Positions 48,321-59,035 of a DNA stretch of 64,000 nucleotides are shown piece by piece (position 1 is the first letter of the stretch; every line of letters begins with the position of its first letter). Source of the stretch: Actinomycetes bacterium (GTDB lineage: Bacteria; Actinomycetota; Acidimicrobiia; Acidimicrobiales; JABEUL01). The notes below the pieces were generated by a model, which did no database searches, was not told the origin of the DNA, and saw nothing but the letters and a program-made list of their open reading frames with translations. Where the stretch lies: the NCBI GenBank assembly GCA_021790815.1, contig JAJYFT010000004.1:7524-71523 (forward strand). Reading direction: 5' to 3'. Both the position numbers and the translations under genes were made by a program.

Positions 48321-49010
48321 ATGTGTGGACGCTACGCTCAGACTTCTCCTGCACTACTCTTGGAAAATATCTTTAGTGCAGACATTGATAACAAATACAA
48401 CAGGGAAGATTACGAACCTTCATGGAACGTATCACCTGGCGATAACGTACCGGCCATTGTTGAGTTTGATAAAAGAGTTCTGTCGAGATTTAGGTGGGGC
48501 CTAATTCCAGGGTGGGTAAAGAAAACTTCAACTTTAAAACCCCCAATTAATGCTAGAGCTGAAACGCTTTCTTCAAAACCATACTTTAAAAGTGCTTTTA
48601 GGCGCAGACGCTGTCTCATACCAGCGGATGGGTTTTATGAGTGGGAAACTCTTCAGGTTCCTGGATCATCAAGACCGATTAAGCTGCCTTGGTATTTTAA
48701 GTCACAAGAAAATAGGGTCCTCAGCTTTGCTGGGCTATATGAGATATTCAAGCCCCAAGGTAGTGGCATAGATCTCTTTACCTGCACAATCATCACCTGT
48801 GAAGCTAACAGCGTACTTTCTCCAATACACGACAGAATGCCTGTAATAGTCGATAGATCCTGCTGGGATATATGGCTTAGACCTGACAAAGAGTTAAGTG
48901 AAAATGAAACTAAAGAGATTCTAAGACCAGCCGAAACAAGTCTTTTAGAAAAAATAGCTGTAACAAAAATGGCTAGTAAACACTCAAAACCAGTATTTGA
49001 ACTAAAATAG
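48321..49010 (+). CDS. SOS response-associated peptidase (SRAP/YedK, abasic-site processing)
   Basis: MCGRY N-terminus, WGLIP, INARAET, RRCLIPADGFYEW and IHDRMP motifs. Confidence 0.94.
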   Translation: MCGRYAQTSPALLLENIFSADIDNKYNREDYEPSWNVSPGDNVPAIVEFDKRVLSRFRWGLIPGWVKKTSTLKPPINARAETLSSKPYFKSAFRRRRCLIPADGFYEWETLQVPGSSRPIKLPWYFKSQENRVLSFAGLYEIFKPQGSGIDLFTCTIITCEANSVLSPIHDRMPVIVDRSCWDIWLRPDKELSENETKEILRPAETSLLEKIAVTKMASKHSKPVFELK

Positions 49011-49022
49011 AGTAGGTTCTAT

Positions 49023-49058
49023 TTGAAATAGCGAACATATGTTCGATATAATTCAAAT
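49023..49058 (+). promoter_or_regulatory. LexA (SOS) box within a housekeeping-sigma promoter
   Basis: CGAAC-ATAT-GTTCG (49032-49045) lies between TTGAAA (49023-49028) and TATAAT (49047-49052). The ATG follows 6 nt later. Confidence 0.88.
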
Positions 49059-49751
49059 ATGTCCACCTTTCTCTCGTCTGCTCAAGCCCTCTCTCAAGAG
49101 ATCACTTCTTTAGTACATCTCCCTGAGCCTTTTGATTCACTCTTCCCAAATGGAATAATACCTGGTAGTTCTGTCCTTATTAAAGGAGAGACCGGTGGAG
49201 CAAGCTCAATCGCTCTTTCAATCCTCGCTAAAATGTCAGCTAAAGGAAATTGGTGCTGCGTTGTATCAATGCCTTGGATTACTTTAGAAGTAGCGTACAC
49301 AATGGGGGCAAACCTAGAAAATATAGCCGTTCTAGACTGCATTCCAACCAAAATACCTCAAGTTATCTCTCACATTCTTCCAGCAACAAGCCTGGTTCTA
49401 ATTGATGCTGAATATCTTTTTTCAATGAAAAATTTGAAACTGCTACTTTCTAAAGCACGAAATACTACCACTATTATTATCGCTTCCATAAATCCAATAA
49501 AAGCTTTCTCATGTAACTTAAACAGTGCTGATTTTAGTAGAAACTCATCTTTTATGCCTGATTACTCAATAACTGCCGTAAAGTCATACTGGGATAGTTT
49601 AAACAGGTCCAAGAGAGTACTAAATAGACATGTAACAATTGAGTCTGGCGGAAGAAGAACTCATGGTTTAAGGATAAGAAAAGACTTTTTGCTTCCCAGT
49701 GAAACTGGAGAAGCAGTACTACTTAGGGACCAAGGTTTAGTGGAGCTATGA
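49059..49751 (+). CDS. imuA: ImuA'-like RecA-fold protein
   Basis: FDSLFPNGIIPGS and a degenerate Walker A (GETGGASS). First gene before imuB-dnaE2. Confidence 0.7.
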   Translation: MSTFLSSAQALSQEITSLVHLPEPFDSLFPNGIIPGSSVLIKGETGGASSIALSILAKMSAKGNWCCVVSMPWITLEVAYTMGANLENIAVLDCIPTKIPQVISHILPATSLVLIDAEYLFSMKNLKLLLSKARNTTTIIIASINPIKAFSCNLNSADFSRNSSFMPDYSITAVKSYWDSLNRSKRVLNRHVTIESGGRRTHGLRIRKDFLLPSETGEAVLLRDQGLVEL

Positions 49752-51082
49752 ATCAAGACCGCTTACTCGTAGTTCTTGTTCCTGGATGGCCTCCACAAGA
49801 TGCAGAGGGACTTGAACCAGTAATAAAAAACTTAATTGACTTTACCCCTGGAGTGTCACTTATCAACCCAGGTCGTATTGCACTTTTAACGCTAGGTCCC
49901 TCACGGTACTTTGGCGGAGAAAATTCACTAGCTGAAAAAGTAAAAACATCGGTATCTAAAATTGTTAAAAGACCTGTGAATGTTGGAATTGCTGACGGTC
50001 TATTCGCTGCAACTTTAGCGGCCAAACAGAATCGAACTATCCTTAAAGGGAAAAATCCAGAGTTTTTATACACTATGCCAGTGGGAGTACTGCCAAACAG
50101 TGAGGTGGCTGGTCTACTAATGAAACTTGGAATAAAAACATTAGGGTTATTTGCAAAATTAGATAGAAAAGCAGTCCTAGAGAGATTAGGAACTGGTGGG
50201 ATGTGGTGTCATATGCTAGCTTGCGGGAATGACCCTACACTCATAACAACAAACAGTAGTGATGAACTTGCTAAATACTTAGAGATAGACCCTCCAATTG
50301 AAGACTTTGACAGAGTTACTTTTTTAGCTAAACAACTGGGTAATGAATTAATCGAGACTTTAGAGATGAAAGGTCTTTGTACCACAACTATAGAACTTGA
50401 GCTTGGTTTTGAAGATGGTTCTAACTCAAAAAAACTTTGGCATAACGAGCTCCCATTTACTGCACTAGATATAGCCGATAGAACTAGATGGCAACTTAAC
50501 TTTATCCAACCGGTTTCCTCCCTTTCAAGCATAAACATTAATGTTATTTCCTCTTGTGTGACTGGACTATTCCAAGACTCTCTTTTTACATCTTTTAATA
50601 GCAAATCTCAAGCAATTGAAAAAGCACTAAAAAAAGTTGAAGGAATTATAGGGGGAAATGCTATTAAAATACCTTCATACTTACCGAGTAGAAACCTAGA
50701 AGACTCAATTCAATTTAAACGTTTTGGAGAAACCCATAACCTCGAAAATATGGACTTCCCCTGGCCAGGGAAACTCCCCGCACCTCTTCCTGCTGCCTAC
50801 TATCACAACCCTACTGTGATAAAAGTTTTAGACGAAAATGGAGAAAAAGTATTGATAACAAGTAGAGCACTATGTAAAAACACTCCTTCAACTGTATCCA
50901 TTAAAAATGGACCTTTATTCAAAGTAAAAGATTGGTGTGGTCCATGGCCACGAGAAGAAAGATGGTGGGATATAGAAAGATGGAAAAGAAAGCTTTTAAT
51001 ACAGGTACTTTTAGAAAATGAAATGGTCTGTCTACTCTCACTGTTTAAGGAAGAGTGGCATCTAGAAGCTATCTACGACTAA
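49748..51082 (+). CDS. imuB: ImuB, inactive Y-family polymerase homologue
   Basis: GPSRYFGGE, GIADGLFAA.LAA, LGIKTLG.FA, PWPGKLPAPLP, GPWP.EERWW and W.LEAIYD motifs. Confidence 0.88.
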   Translation: MNQDRLLVVLVPGWPPQDAEGLEPVIKNLIDFTPGVSLINPGRIALLTLGPSRYFGGENSLAEKVKTSVSKIVKRPVNVGIADGLFAATLAAKQNRTILKGKNPEFLYTMPVGVLPNSEVAGLLMKLGIKTLGLFAKLDRKAVLERLGTGGMWCHMLACGNDPTLITTNSSDELAKYLEIDPPIEDFDRVTFLAKQLGNELIETLEMKGLCTTTIELELGFEDGSNSKKLWHNELPFTALDIADRTRWQLNFIQPVSSLSSININVISSCVTGLFQDSLFTSFNSKSQAIEKALKKVEGIIGGNAIKIPSYLPSRNLEDSIQFKRFGETHNLENMDFPWPGKLPAPLPAAYYHNPTVIKVLDENGEKVLITSRALCKNTPSTVSIKNGPLFKVKDWCGPWPREERWWDIERWKRKLLIQVLLENEMVCLLSLFKEEWHLEAIYD

Positions 51083-51085
51083 ACG

Positions 51086-54000
51086 ATGTCAGAAAAATAT
51101 CAATATGCGGAACTTCACTGTCATTCTGCCTTTAGTTTTTTAGACGGTGCTTCTCTCCCAGAAGAGTTGATAAACCAAGCCAAAAAACTTGGTTTAACAA
51201 CTCTTGCGCTCACAGACCATAACGGTCTATATGGAGTAGTTAGGTTTAGCCGAGAAGCAAAACTTGTTGGAATCAAAACCGTCTTTGGTGCGGAGATAAC
51301 TTTAAATGCCAAACTTGAAAGACCTGGACAGAGTGATCCAGATGGAGAGCACTTAGTAATCCTGGCAAAAAATCCTCAAGGCTACAGGCTGCTGTCAACA
51401 GCAATAAGTGAAGCACAGCTAAAAGGAAGCAAAGCTAAACCTATTTTTAGCATTCACGAGCTAGCAGGTATTTCAAATGGAACGTGGTACATACTTACAG
51501 GCTGCAGAAAAGGACCTCTTTCAAATGCGCTTTATAGTAGCGGTCCCAAAAGTGCTTCTAGACGTTTAGGTGAACTAACGGATCTTTTTGGTCGCGAAAA
51601 TGTTGTTGTAGAGATATGGGACCATGGTGACTTTTTAGACGTTGCGCGAAACGATGCTCTTACTGAAATTGCTGCAAAAAACTTAGTCTCTTACGTCGCA
51701 ACTAATAATGTTCACTATGCAGTACCACAAGGTCGAAGATTGGCCTCTATTATGTCAGCTATACGCTCTAAGAGAAACTTAGATGAGATAGATCCTTGGC
51801 TTCCAGTAGACGGAGGAGCATTTCTTAAGTCCCCACTCGAACAGATCAATAAATTTTTACGTTGGCCTGGAGCTACTGAAACTGCTGCTGCAATAGGAGC
51901 AGAATGCTCCTTTGACCTAACACTCATAACTCCTGAACTCCCTTCTTTTGATGTACCTTCTGACTACAACGAAGATACCTGGCTTATAGATTTAGTCGAA
52001 AAACATGCTGTATCTATCTACGGAGAAAAAGATTCTAAAGAAGGAAAGCAAGCTTGGAAACAGCTCTACCACGAACTAGACATAATAACTAAATTGGGTT
52101 TTTCTGGATACTTTTTAGTCGTAAAAGACATCGTTGAGTTCTGCAAAAACAACAACATCCTCTGTCAAGGACGAGGTTCTGCTGCCAACTCTGCTGTATG
52201 CTACGTCCTTGGAATTACAAATGTAGACGCTATAAAACTAGGGTTATTATTTGAACGCTTTCTATCTCAATCGAGAGATGGCCCTCCAGATATAGACCTT
52301 GATATAGAGTCAACACGACGCGATGAAGTAATCAACTACGTTTACATCCGCTACGGTCGAAAACATGCTGCACAAGTCGCAAATGTTATAACATACAGGA
52401 CTCGATCTGCTATCAGAGATATTGCGAGAGCACTAGGGCTTAGCGAAAATAAGATAGACCTAATATCAAATGAAGTAAAACGTAACGGATTAGACAGTCT
52501 TCCTGAACCATTGAAAAGCTTTGTGAATGAGATACGTGACATGCCAAGACACTTAGGCATTCATTCTGGGGGGATTGTTCTAACAAAAGAACCTGTTTCT
52601 TCAATCTGCCCAGTTGAGTGGGCAAGAAAAGAAGGAAGAAGCGTACTACAATGGGATAAGGAGGACTGTAAGGCTGCGGGTCTCGTCAAGTTCGATCTAC
52701 TCGGCCTCGGAATGTTAGAGGCCATCCATAAAGCTATCGATCTCATAGAAAGTGCTTACAACCTAAAGATAGATTTAGCAAAACTCCCACAAGAAGATGC
52801 AGTTTACGAGATGTTTGCACGCGCTGATACTGTTGGTGTCTTTCAGGTAGAAAGTAGAGCCCAGATGGGGACGCTACCTCGGATGAAACCTAAAACCTTT
52901 TATGACTTGGTTGTAGAGGTAGCACTTATAAGACCAGGACCGATACAAGGTGGCTCAGTACACCCCTACCTGAGAAGAAGAAACGGTTTAGAAACTCCCA
53001 CCTATCCTCACCCACTTGCCAAACCTGCATTAGAAAAGACACTAGGTATTCCACTATTTCAAGAACAACTAATGCGACTAGCAATCGACGTAGCTGGTTT
53101 TAGCGCTCAAGAGGCAGACGAGCTACGAGCTGCAATGGGTGCTAAAAGATCAAAAACACGCATGGCACTTCTTGAAGACAAACTTATGGCTGGTATGCGA
53201 AAAAATGGAGTTGATAAAAAATCAGCAGAACTTATTAAAAAATATATAATAGCCTTTTCAGGCTATGGATTCCCAGAAAGTCACGCAATATCGTTCGCTT
53301 ACATAGTATACGCGTCTGCATGGATAAAATTCCATTACCCAGCAGCATTTTTAGCAGCACTATTAAACTCTCAGCCAATGGGATTCTGGTCAGTAGCAAC
53401 TTTAGTTTCTGATGCAAAAAGACACAGTGTAAATGTTCTAAAGCCAGATGTCAATCTGTCTAAACCTGAAACCTCTTTAGAAATTAATAGAGATAGAAAC
53501 GTTGAAGTTCGACTAGGACTTAAACATATAAGAGGGATTGGGAGTGAAGTAGCTTCTAGAATTGATTTGTTCAAACCGTACTCTTCATTAAACGACCTGA
53601 GCTCTCGAGCTTCTCTTCTGCCAGCCACCATGGAACAACTAGCTCAGGCAAGAGCACTAGATAGCTTGATAACAGGCAGTGACGAGCTTCGATTAAGAAG
53701 GACTGCTATCTGGGAATCAAAAGGTGCCGTTGAAAGCACTGGCAGACTTCCTGGTACGATTGGTCACTCAACTCCCTTGCTTCCATCTGAAACTCTTGAA
53801 GAAAGAGCGAGCTTAGATATCTACGCAACAGGTATGCCAATAGATAATCATCCAATATCTTTGATAAGGGAAAATCTTAAGGAAAATGCTGTTACCTGCG
53901 CTAAAGATCTAATCAAGCTAAAACATAAAGACAAGGTTCGCGTTGCAGGTTACGTCACTCACAGACAGAAACCTCCGACTGCAAACGGGGTTGTTTTTAT

Positions 54001-54205
54001 GAACTTAGAAGATGAAACTGGGCTTATCAATGTCATATTTTCAAAAGGTGCTTGGGCTAGATGGCGAGATATAGCGTCAGAAGATGCCCTTTTAATCTAT
54101 GGATTTATTGAAAGAGCTGGATCAACAAGTGCAATAACAGTTGTTGTTGAAAAAGTGCTCGTATTAAATCTAGGTGTCACACTTGGGTCAAGAGATTACA
54201 AATAA
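51086..54205 (+). CDS. dnaE2: Error-prone DNA polymerase DnaE2 (ImuC)
   Basis: YAELHCHSAFSFLDG PHP domain, GRGSAANS, PPDIDLD, YGFPESH and the C-terminal SRDYK motif. Confidence 0.95.
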   Translation: MSEKYQYAELHCHSAFSFLDGASLPEELINQAKKLGLTTLALTDHNGLYGVVRFSREAKLVGIKTVFGAEITLNAKLERPGQSDPDGEHLVILAKNPQGYRLLSTAISEAQLKGSKAKPIFSIHELAGISNGTWYILTGCRKGPLSNALYSSGPKSASRRLGELTDLFGRENVVVEIWDHGDFLDVARNDALTEIAAKNLVSYVATNNVHYAVPQGRRLASIMSAIRSKRNLDEIDPWLPVDGGAFLKSPLEQINKFLRWPGATETAAAIGAECSFDLTLITPELPSFDVPSDYNEDTWLIDLVEKHAVSIYGEKDSKEGKQAWKQLYHELDIITKLGFSGYFLVVKDIVEFCKNNNILCQGRGSAANSAVCYVLGITNVDAIKLGLLFERFLSQSRDGPPDIDLDIESTRRDEVINYVYIRYGRKHAAQVANVITYRTRSAIRDIARALGLSENKIDLISNEVKRNGLDSLPEPLKSFVNEIRDMPRHLGIHSGGIVLTKEPVSSICPVEWARKEGRSVLQWDKEDCKAAGLVKFDLLGLGMLEAIHKAIDLIESAYNLKIDLAKLPQEDAVYEMFARADTVGVFQVESRAQMGTLPRMKPKTFYDLVVEVALIRPGPIQGGSVHPYLRRRNGLETPTYPHPLAKPALEKTLGIPLFQEQLMRLAIDVAGFSAQEADELRAAMGAKRSKTRMALLEDKLMAGMRKNGVDKKSAELIKKYIIAFSGYGFPESHAISFAYIVYASAWIKFHYPAAFLAALLNSQPMGFWSVATLVSDAKRHSVNVLKPDVNLSKPETSLEINRDRNVEVRLGLKHIRGIGSEVASRIDLFKPYSSLNDLSSRASLLPATMEQLAQARALDSLITGSDELRLRRTAIWESKGAVESTGRLPGTIGHSTPLLPSETLEERASLDIYATGMPIDNHPISLIRENLKENAVTCAKDLIKLKHKDKVRVAGYVTHRQKPPTANGVVFMNLEDETGLINVIFSKGAWARWRDIASEDALLIYGFIERAGSTSAITVVVEKVLVLNLGVTLGSRDYK

Positions 54206-54490
54206 GACAAATTAAAGCAATCCATCTCGCCATACCACACAACTTGAAACCGCAATTTGAATTAATCAACAGATTTACGTCGAACAACGCACACAACGCA
54301 AAACGTTTTGCATCAGGTGCTAATTAGATTTAGACTTGATATATCGATCAAAACTTATAAAAATATTCATTTGAGAGAATATTCAATTGTTAGGCTAATA
54401 CGAAAGAAATGGGTAGATTTTTTATTTGAAATTAAATCGCAATTACAGACATGACACCACTAAAACAAGAATAACTATTACGCTAAGTTA

Positions 54491-57400
54491 GTGGCATACA
54501 CGCCTGCAAATCCACTTATTGAAGTGGCCGTGAACGAAAACGTTGAAAGCAAAAAAGGGCTGTCAACCACTTTGCCGCGCATAATTAAATCAAAAACGCT
54601 TTTAGTCATTATCGTTTTAGCTTGCATTGCCTACATACCTTTACTGTTCACTCACCCGGGCCTTATTTCAATTGATACAAAACAGTACCTATACATAAAC
54701 CCAGCTAAATATACTGCACGAGTTGCTTCAACATGGTCACCAAACATATCTCTCGGAACAGTAACACACCAAAATATCGGTTACCTACTACCTATGGGAC
54801 CTTACTACACACTCCTGGCCTACCTCAAAGTAGCTACTTGGGTCGCACAAAGATTATGGCTAGGATCACTTTTCTTCTCAGCTGGTTGTGGTGTATTTTA
54901 CCTAACAAGAACATTAAACTTGAAACACTCAGCTGGTTTAGCGGCAGGTTCTGTCTATATGCTAAGTCCTTACGTTGATCAATACGCAGAGCATCTATCG
55001 GCAATTCTGCTTCCGTGGGCAGGACTAGGGTGGATGGTGGCCTTGACAATAAAAGCAGCAAAAACAGGCTCATTTCGCTACATAGCTGGATTTGGACTTG
55101 TCATTGCACTAACTAGCTCAATCAATGCCACTTCAGTACTTTATGTAGGTATTGCTCCAGCACTTTGGATTCCATTTGCTATTGCAAGAAAAGAAATAAC
55201 GCTACGGCGCGGGGTTTTAACTGCATTTTTAATTGGAATTGTAACAGTCTTAGTTTCGCTTTGGTGGGCTGCAGGACTTTGGGTTGAAGCAAAGTATGGA
55301 ATCAACATACTCCAATTTACCGAAACAGTCCCAGCAGTAGCTTCAACCTCCAGCGCTAGTGAAGTATTCCGTGGTCTGGGTTATTGGTACTATGACGTAT
55401 CAGACGCCTATGGAACAATCCTTCCGTCATCTCCTCAATACCAGTCAATTGAGTGGCTAATAGGACTTTCATTCTTACTCCCCGTACTGTCAATGATCAG
55501 TTCCATATTTATCAAGTGGAAAGAAAAGACATACTTTATCGCACTGATTGCGATTGGAATGGCACTGAGTGTTGGTGCACATCCCTATGGGAACTCAACA
55601 CCATTTGGAAATATTTTCGGCAAATTTATGACTTCTTCTCAAGCTGGAGAAGCACTTCGCTCCACAGATCGAGCTACCCCTTTACTTATTTTAGGTTTCG
55701 CACTCTTACTTGGTGCAGGGCTCGACGTATTAAATTCGAAGTGGAAATGGATTGGCCTCTTTGCTGGAGTTGCCGTTGCATCTGGAGCTGTTGCAAATCA
55801 ACCTTCTCTCTTCAATGGAGACTTTGTCCCAGTTACATATTCAAGAGGAGCAATTCCTTCGTATTGGTATCAAGCGGCAAACTACCTATCCCAAGGGGGG
55901 AACTCCACAAGAGTGTTGCAAGAACCTGGCCAAGACTTCGAAGACTACAGATGGGGATCTACAATTGATCCAGTTCTTCCTGGACTCACTAACCGTCCAA
56001 CCGTAGAAAGACGTCAAGTTCCAGAAGGGTCAATTCCAGCAGTAGATCTCTTAGATGCTTTTGACAACACTGTCCAAGATTCAATACTTGATCCTAGAGG
56101 GGTTTCTGCTGTTGCAAGACTTATGAGTGTTGGCGACATTTTAATTACAGCAGATGATGCGTACGAGCATTACAATCTTCCACCACCAAAAGCTGTTGCT
56201 TCTTGGTTGACTCCAACTCCAACAGGTCTTTTAGCTCCAGTTACATTTGGTGCCCCGACACCAAACTATCCTACCCATGATCTTCCTTTGTGGAACGAAC
56301 AAACTCTTTCACTTCCTCCAAATCAACCGTGGCCGGCACCTTTAACAATTTATCCTGTAGCGAATGCAAGACCAATTTTGAGGCTTGAATCACCTCAAGC
56401 ACCTGTTGTTTTGGATGGTGGCGGAAGTGGCATAGTTGCAGCCGCAGACTCAGGTTTACTTGATGGGAATCCAACAGTTCTTTATAGTGGCTCATATGCC
56501 ACAACTGCTGCCAACATTATAAAACATGTCCCACCCAATGCAACACTCGTTGTTACGGATTCAAATCGGAAGGAAGAAAGACGCTGGTCAACATTGCGTG
56601 ACTCCATTGGATACACAGAAACGGCAACTGAAGTACCATCTGTTATCGATTACAGCCAAACTACATTTAAACTCTTCCCAGGAACTAACGCTAATTCTCA
56701 AACAGTATCTATTCAACAAGGAGCTACAGTTACTGCGTCATCCTATGGTAATCCAGTCGGTCTAACTCCTGAAGATCGCGCATACAATGCATTTGACGGT
56801 CAACCCAATACACTTTGGATAACTGGGGGATTTTCAAATCCAATCGGTCAATGGCTGGACATCAATCTTGATACGCCTGTTACAACCAACTCGATTACAC
56901 TTTCACAGCCTCAATACATCCTGCCAGATAGATGGATAAATGAAGTTGAATTCATTTTTAATTCCGGGAAACCAATATTTGCTAGCCTCAACACAGACTC
57001 TCTTACAAAGCAAGGACAAGTTGTAACTTTCCCTTCTCGCACTTTTAAGAGTGTAAAAATCATAATTGTAGGAACTCACAATGTATATGCTCACCCCCAA
57101 GGTGCGGTTGGATTCGCTGAAGTAGGTATTGCAAATCGCCATGCACTTGAAATAATTCGACCTCCGGTAGATTTGCTCTCTGCGCTTGGAGCACAAAGCG
57201 AAACTCACAGACTCGTTTATATTTACACACGAGAGAGAGTAAGCCAATTTCCTCCAAGATCAAGTCCTGAAATCACAATGAATCGCATCATAAATGTTCC
57301 AACTCCAAGAACTTTTAGCATCTCGGGGAACGCTCAGCTCTCAGCAGTAATTCCAGATGAGCAGATTGACCTTTTAACTGGCAGAGCTCAGAGTCCACCG

Positions 57401-59023
57401 GGTTCAGCTGCAGTTGCTAGGTCAATTGGAAGGCTTCCAGGAGATGACGGTGCACTTGCAGCGGCTGCTTTTGATGGAAATCCACTAACTGCCTGGGAGC
57501 CGGGAATTGGCCTAGGAGGCCAGCTAGGTGCGTGGTTAGAAGTTGACACTCCAGATATTCATACTTTTAACCAAATTAATCTTCAAATTGTAACTGACGG
57601 GCATCACTCGATTCCAACTACTATCACCATTTCAACTGAGCAGGGCGAGAGAACTCTGACATTGCCGAATAAACTGCCAGTTTCCACACCATCTGGAGTT
57701 ACTACGGTTCCTTTAAACTTTCAAGCTCTTTCTGGAAGACGAATTAGACTAACAGTTCAGGCAATTAAGCCAGCATATACAGATGACTACTATAGTAAAA
57801 TGCAACTTGCACTTCCCGTTGCAATTGCTGAAGTTGGCATTCCAGGAATTCAAGTTCCTCAAGTTCCACAGTTTATGCCAAACGTCTGCAGAAGCGATCT
57901 TGTTTCAATTGATGGCAATCCAATTTGGGTAAAAATTACCGGTCTAACATCAGATGCACTTTCAGGCAAACTACTAGGTGTAGTTGGTTGTGGCCCAGAT
58001 GCTAATGGAGTTAGTTTAGCGGCAGGTACTCACATTATGACTACTTCAATCGGACAACAAAGTGGATTTAGTCTAGATCAAATAGTTCTAGACTCTCTTC
58101 CTGGAGGGGGACCATCTCCTGTAAATGGTGATGGAACAATACCTCCGGCACCCACAATTGCTCCAAGTGGCTCACTCGATATTGCCTCTCAACATGCAAC
58201 CAGCATTCATTTAACTCTTCACACAACAGGTAGCCCTGTTTGGCTTGTCCTGGGGGAAAGTCAAGACCCGGGTTGGGTTGCAACTATAAAAGAAACAGGA
58301 TCAAACAACTTATTAATATCACAAAAACAGTCATCATTGATAGATGGGTATGCAAATGGCTGGTTGATAAATCCGCCTCCTGGAAATGCCACTTTAAATG
58401 TACAACTCCTTTTTAAACCACAACAAACAGTAAATTTAACGCTAATAATATCTGGTATTTCAATAGCAATACTTTTTCTAATCATACTTGGATCTATCTT
58501 CTTTAAGCAGAAACGCAAGTTTCAATACGAACCGTGCCCTTCTTTTAAGAGTCCATTGTGGAGCCACGGGAAAAGGACTCCTATAATTGTTGCACTGCTT
58601 CTTTCCTTGACTATCGGAGCAATCGCAGGCTTCCTCTATAACAAGCACGCATTTATCCCGCTTTTCATAGTGAGTTTCGTTGCATTTGAGGTCAAGCATT
58701 TACGATGGGTAGTAACACTGCCAACAGTTGGATTTTCAATTGCAGGTCCAGCTTTAATAATGTACAACCAAAAGTACCATCCTGTTTTTCTCGGAGGTGG
58801 CTGGCCGACTAGTTATGATTCAGAGGCTAACCTAATATGGCTTGCAATTCTGTTTCTAATCGCCGAAGGGTTCTTAAATGCATATAGAGATTTCAAAGTT
58901 AAAAAGAGCAGCTCAACCGAAGATTTTACAGACACCACAGGAGCTAACAACACTTCTGACGAAACACCTAGCCTTACAACTAAATTAAACAACTCTGAAG
59001 TTGAATTAAATTCTAAAATATAG
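54491..59023 (+). CDS. aftD: AftD-family (DUF3367) GT-C glycosyltransferase with discoidin/CBM32-like domains
   Basis: DTKQYLY, HQNIGYL.PMGP, QRLW, EVFRGLGYW, Y.WG.T.D, two AFDG.P.T.W domains, DGYANGW and terminal TM helices. Family-level call only. Confidence 0.75.
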   Translation: MAYTPANPLIEVAVNENVESKKGLSTTLPRIIKSKTLLVIIVLACIAYIPLLFTHPGLISIDTKQYLYINPAKYTARVASTWSPNISLGTVTHQNIGYLLPMGPYYTLLAYLKVATWVAQRLWLGSLFFSAGCGVFYLTRTLNLKHSAGLAAGSVYMLSPYVDQYAEHLSAILLPWAGLGWMVALTIKAAKTGSFRYIAGFGLVIALTSSINATSVLYVGIAPALWIPFAIARKEITLRRGVLTAFLIGIVTVLVSLWWAAGLWVEAKYGINILQFTETVPAVASTSSASEVFRGLGYWYYDVSDAYGTILPSSPQYQSIEWLIGLSFLLPVLSMISSIFIKWKEKTYFIALIAIGMALSVGAHPYGNSTPFGNIFGKFMTSSQAGEALRSTDRATPLLILGFALLLGAGLDVLNSKWKWIGLFAGVAVASGAVANQPSLFNGDFVPVTYSRGAIPSYWYQAANYLSQGGNSTRVLQEPGQDFEDYRWGSTIDPVLPGLTNRPTVERRQVPEGSIPAVDLLDAFDNTVQDSILDPRGVSAVARLMSVGDILITADDAYEHYNLPPPKAVASWLTPTPTGLLAPVTFGAPTPNYPTHDLPLWNEQTLSLPPNQPWPAPLTIYPVANARPILRLESPQAPVVLDGGGSGIVAAADSGLLDGNPTVLYSGSYATTAANIIKHVPPNATLVVTDSNRKEERRWSTLRDSIGYTETATEVPSVIDYSQTTFKLFPGTNANSQTVSIQQGATVTASSYGNPVGLTPEDRAYNAFDGQPNTLWITGGFSNPIGQWLDINLDTPVTTNSITLSQPQYILPDRWINEVEFIFNSGKPIFASLNTDSLTKQGQVVTFPSRTFKSVKIIIVGTHNVYAHPQGAVGFAEVGIANRHALEIIRPPVDLLSALGAQSETHRLVYIYTRERVSQFPPRSSPEITMNRIINVPTPRTFSISGNAQLSAVIPDEQIDLLTGRAQSPPGSAAVARSIGRLPGDDGALAAAAFDGNPLTAWEPGIGLGGQLGAWLEVDTPDIHTFNQINLQIVTDGHHSIPTTITISTEQGERTLTLPNKLPVSTPSGVTTVPLNFQALSGRRIRLTVQAIKPAYTDDYYSKMQLALPVAIAEVGIPGIQVPQVPQFMPNVCRSDLVSIDGNPIWVKITGLTSDALSGKLLGVVGCGPDANGVSLAAGTHIMTTSIGQQSGFSLDQIVLDSLPGGGPSPVNGDGTIPPAPTIAPSGSLDIASQHATSIHLTLHTTGSPVWLVLGESQDPGWVATIKETGSNNLLISQKQSSLIDGYANGWLINPPPGNATLNVQLLFKPQQTVNLTLIISGISIAILFLIILGSIFFKQKRKFQYEPCPSFKSPLWSHGKRTPIIVALLLSLTIGAIAGFLYNKHAFIPLFIVSFVAFEVKHLRWVVTLPTVGFSIAGPALIMYNQKYHPVFLGGGWPTSYDSEANLIWLAILFLIAEGFLNAYRDFKVKKSSSTEDFTDTTGANNTSDETPSLTTKLNNSEVELNSKI

Positions 59024-59035
59024 AAAACTGTAAGA

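Noticed and set aside
55453-55968. Alternative-frame 171-aa ORF and the many antisense ORFs inside long genes
   Set aside because: These are shadow ORFs overlapping well-supported CDSs, with no motifs or translation signals.
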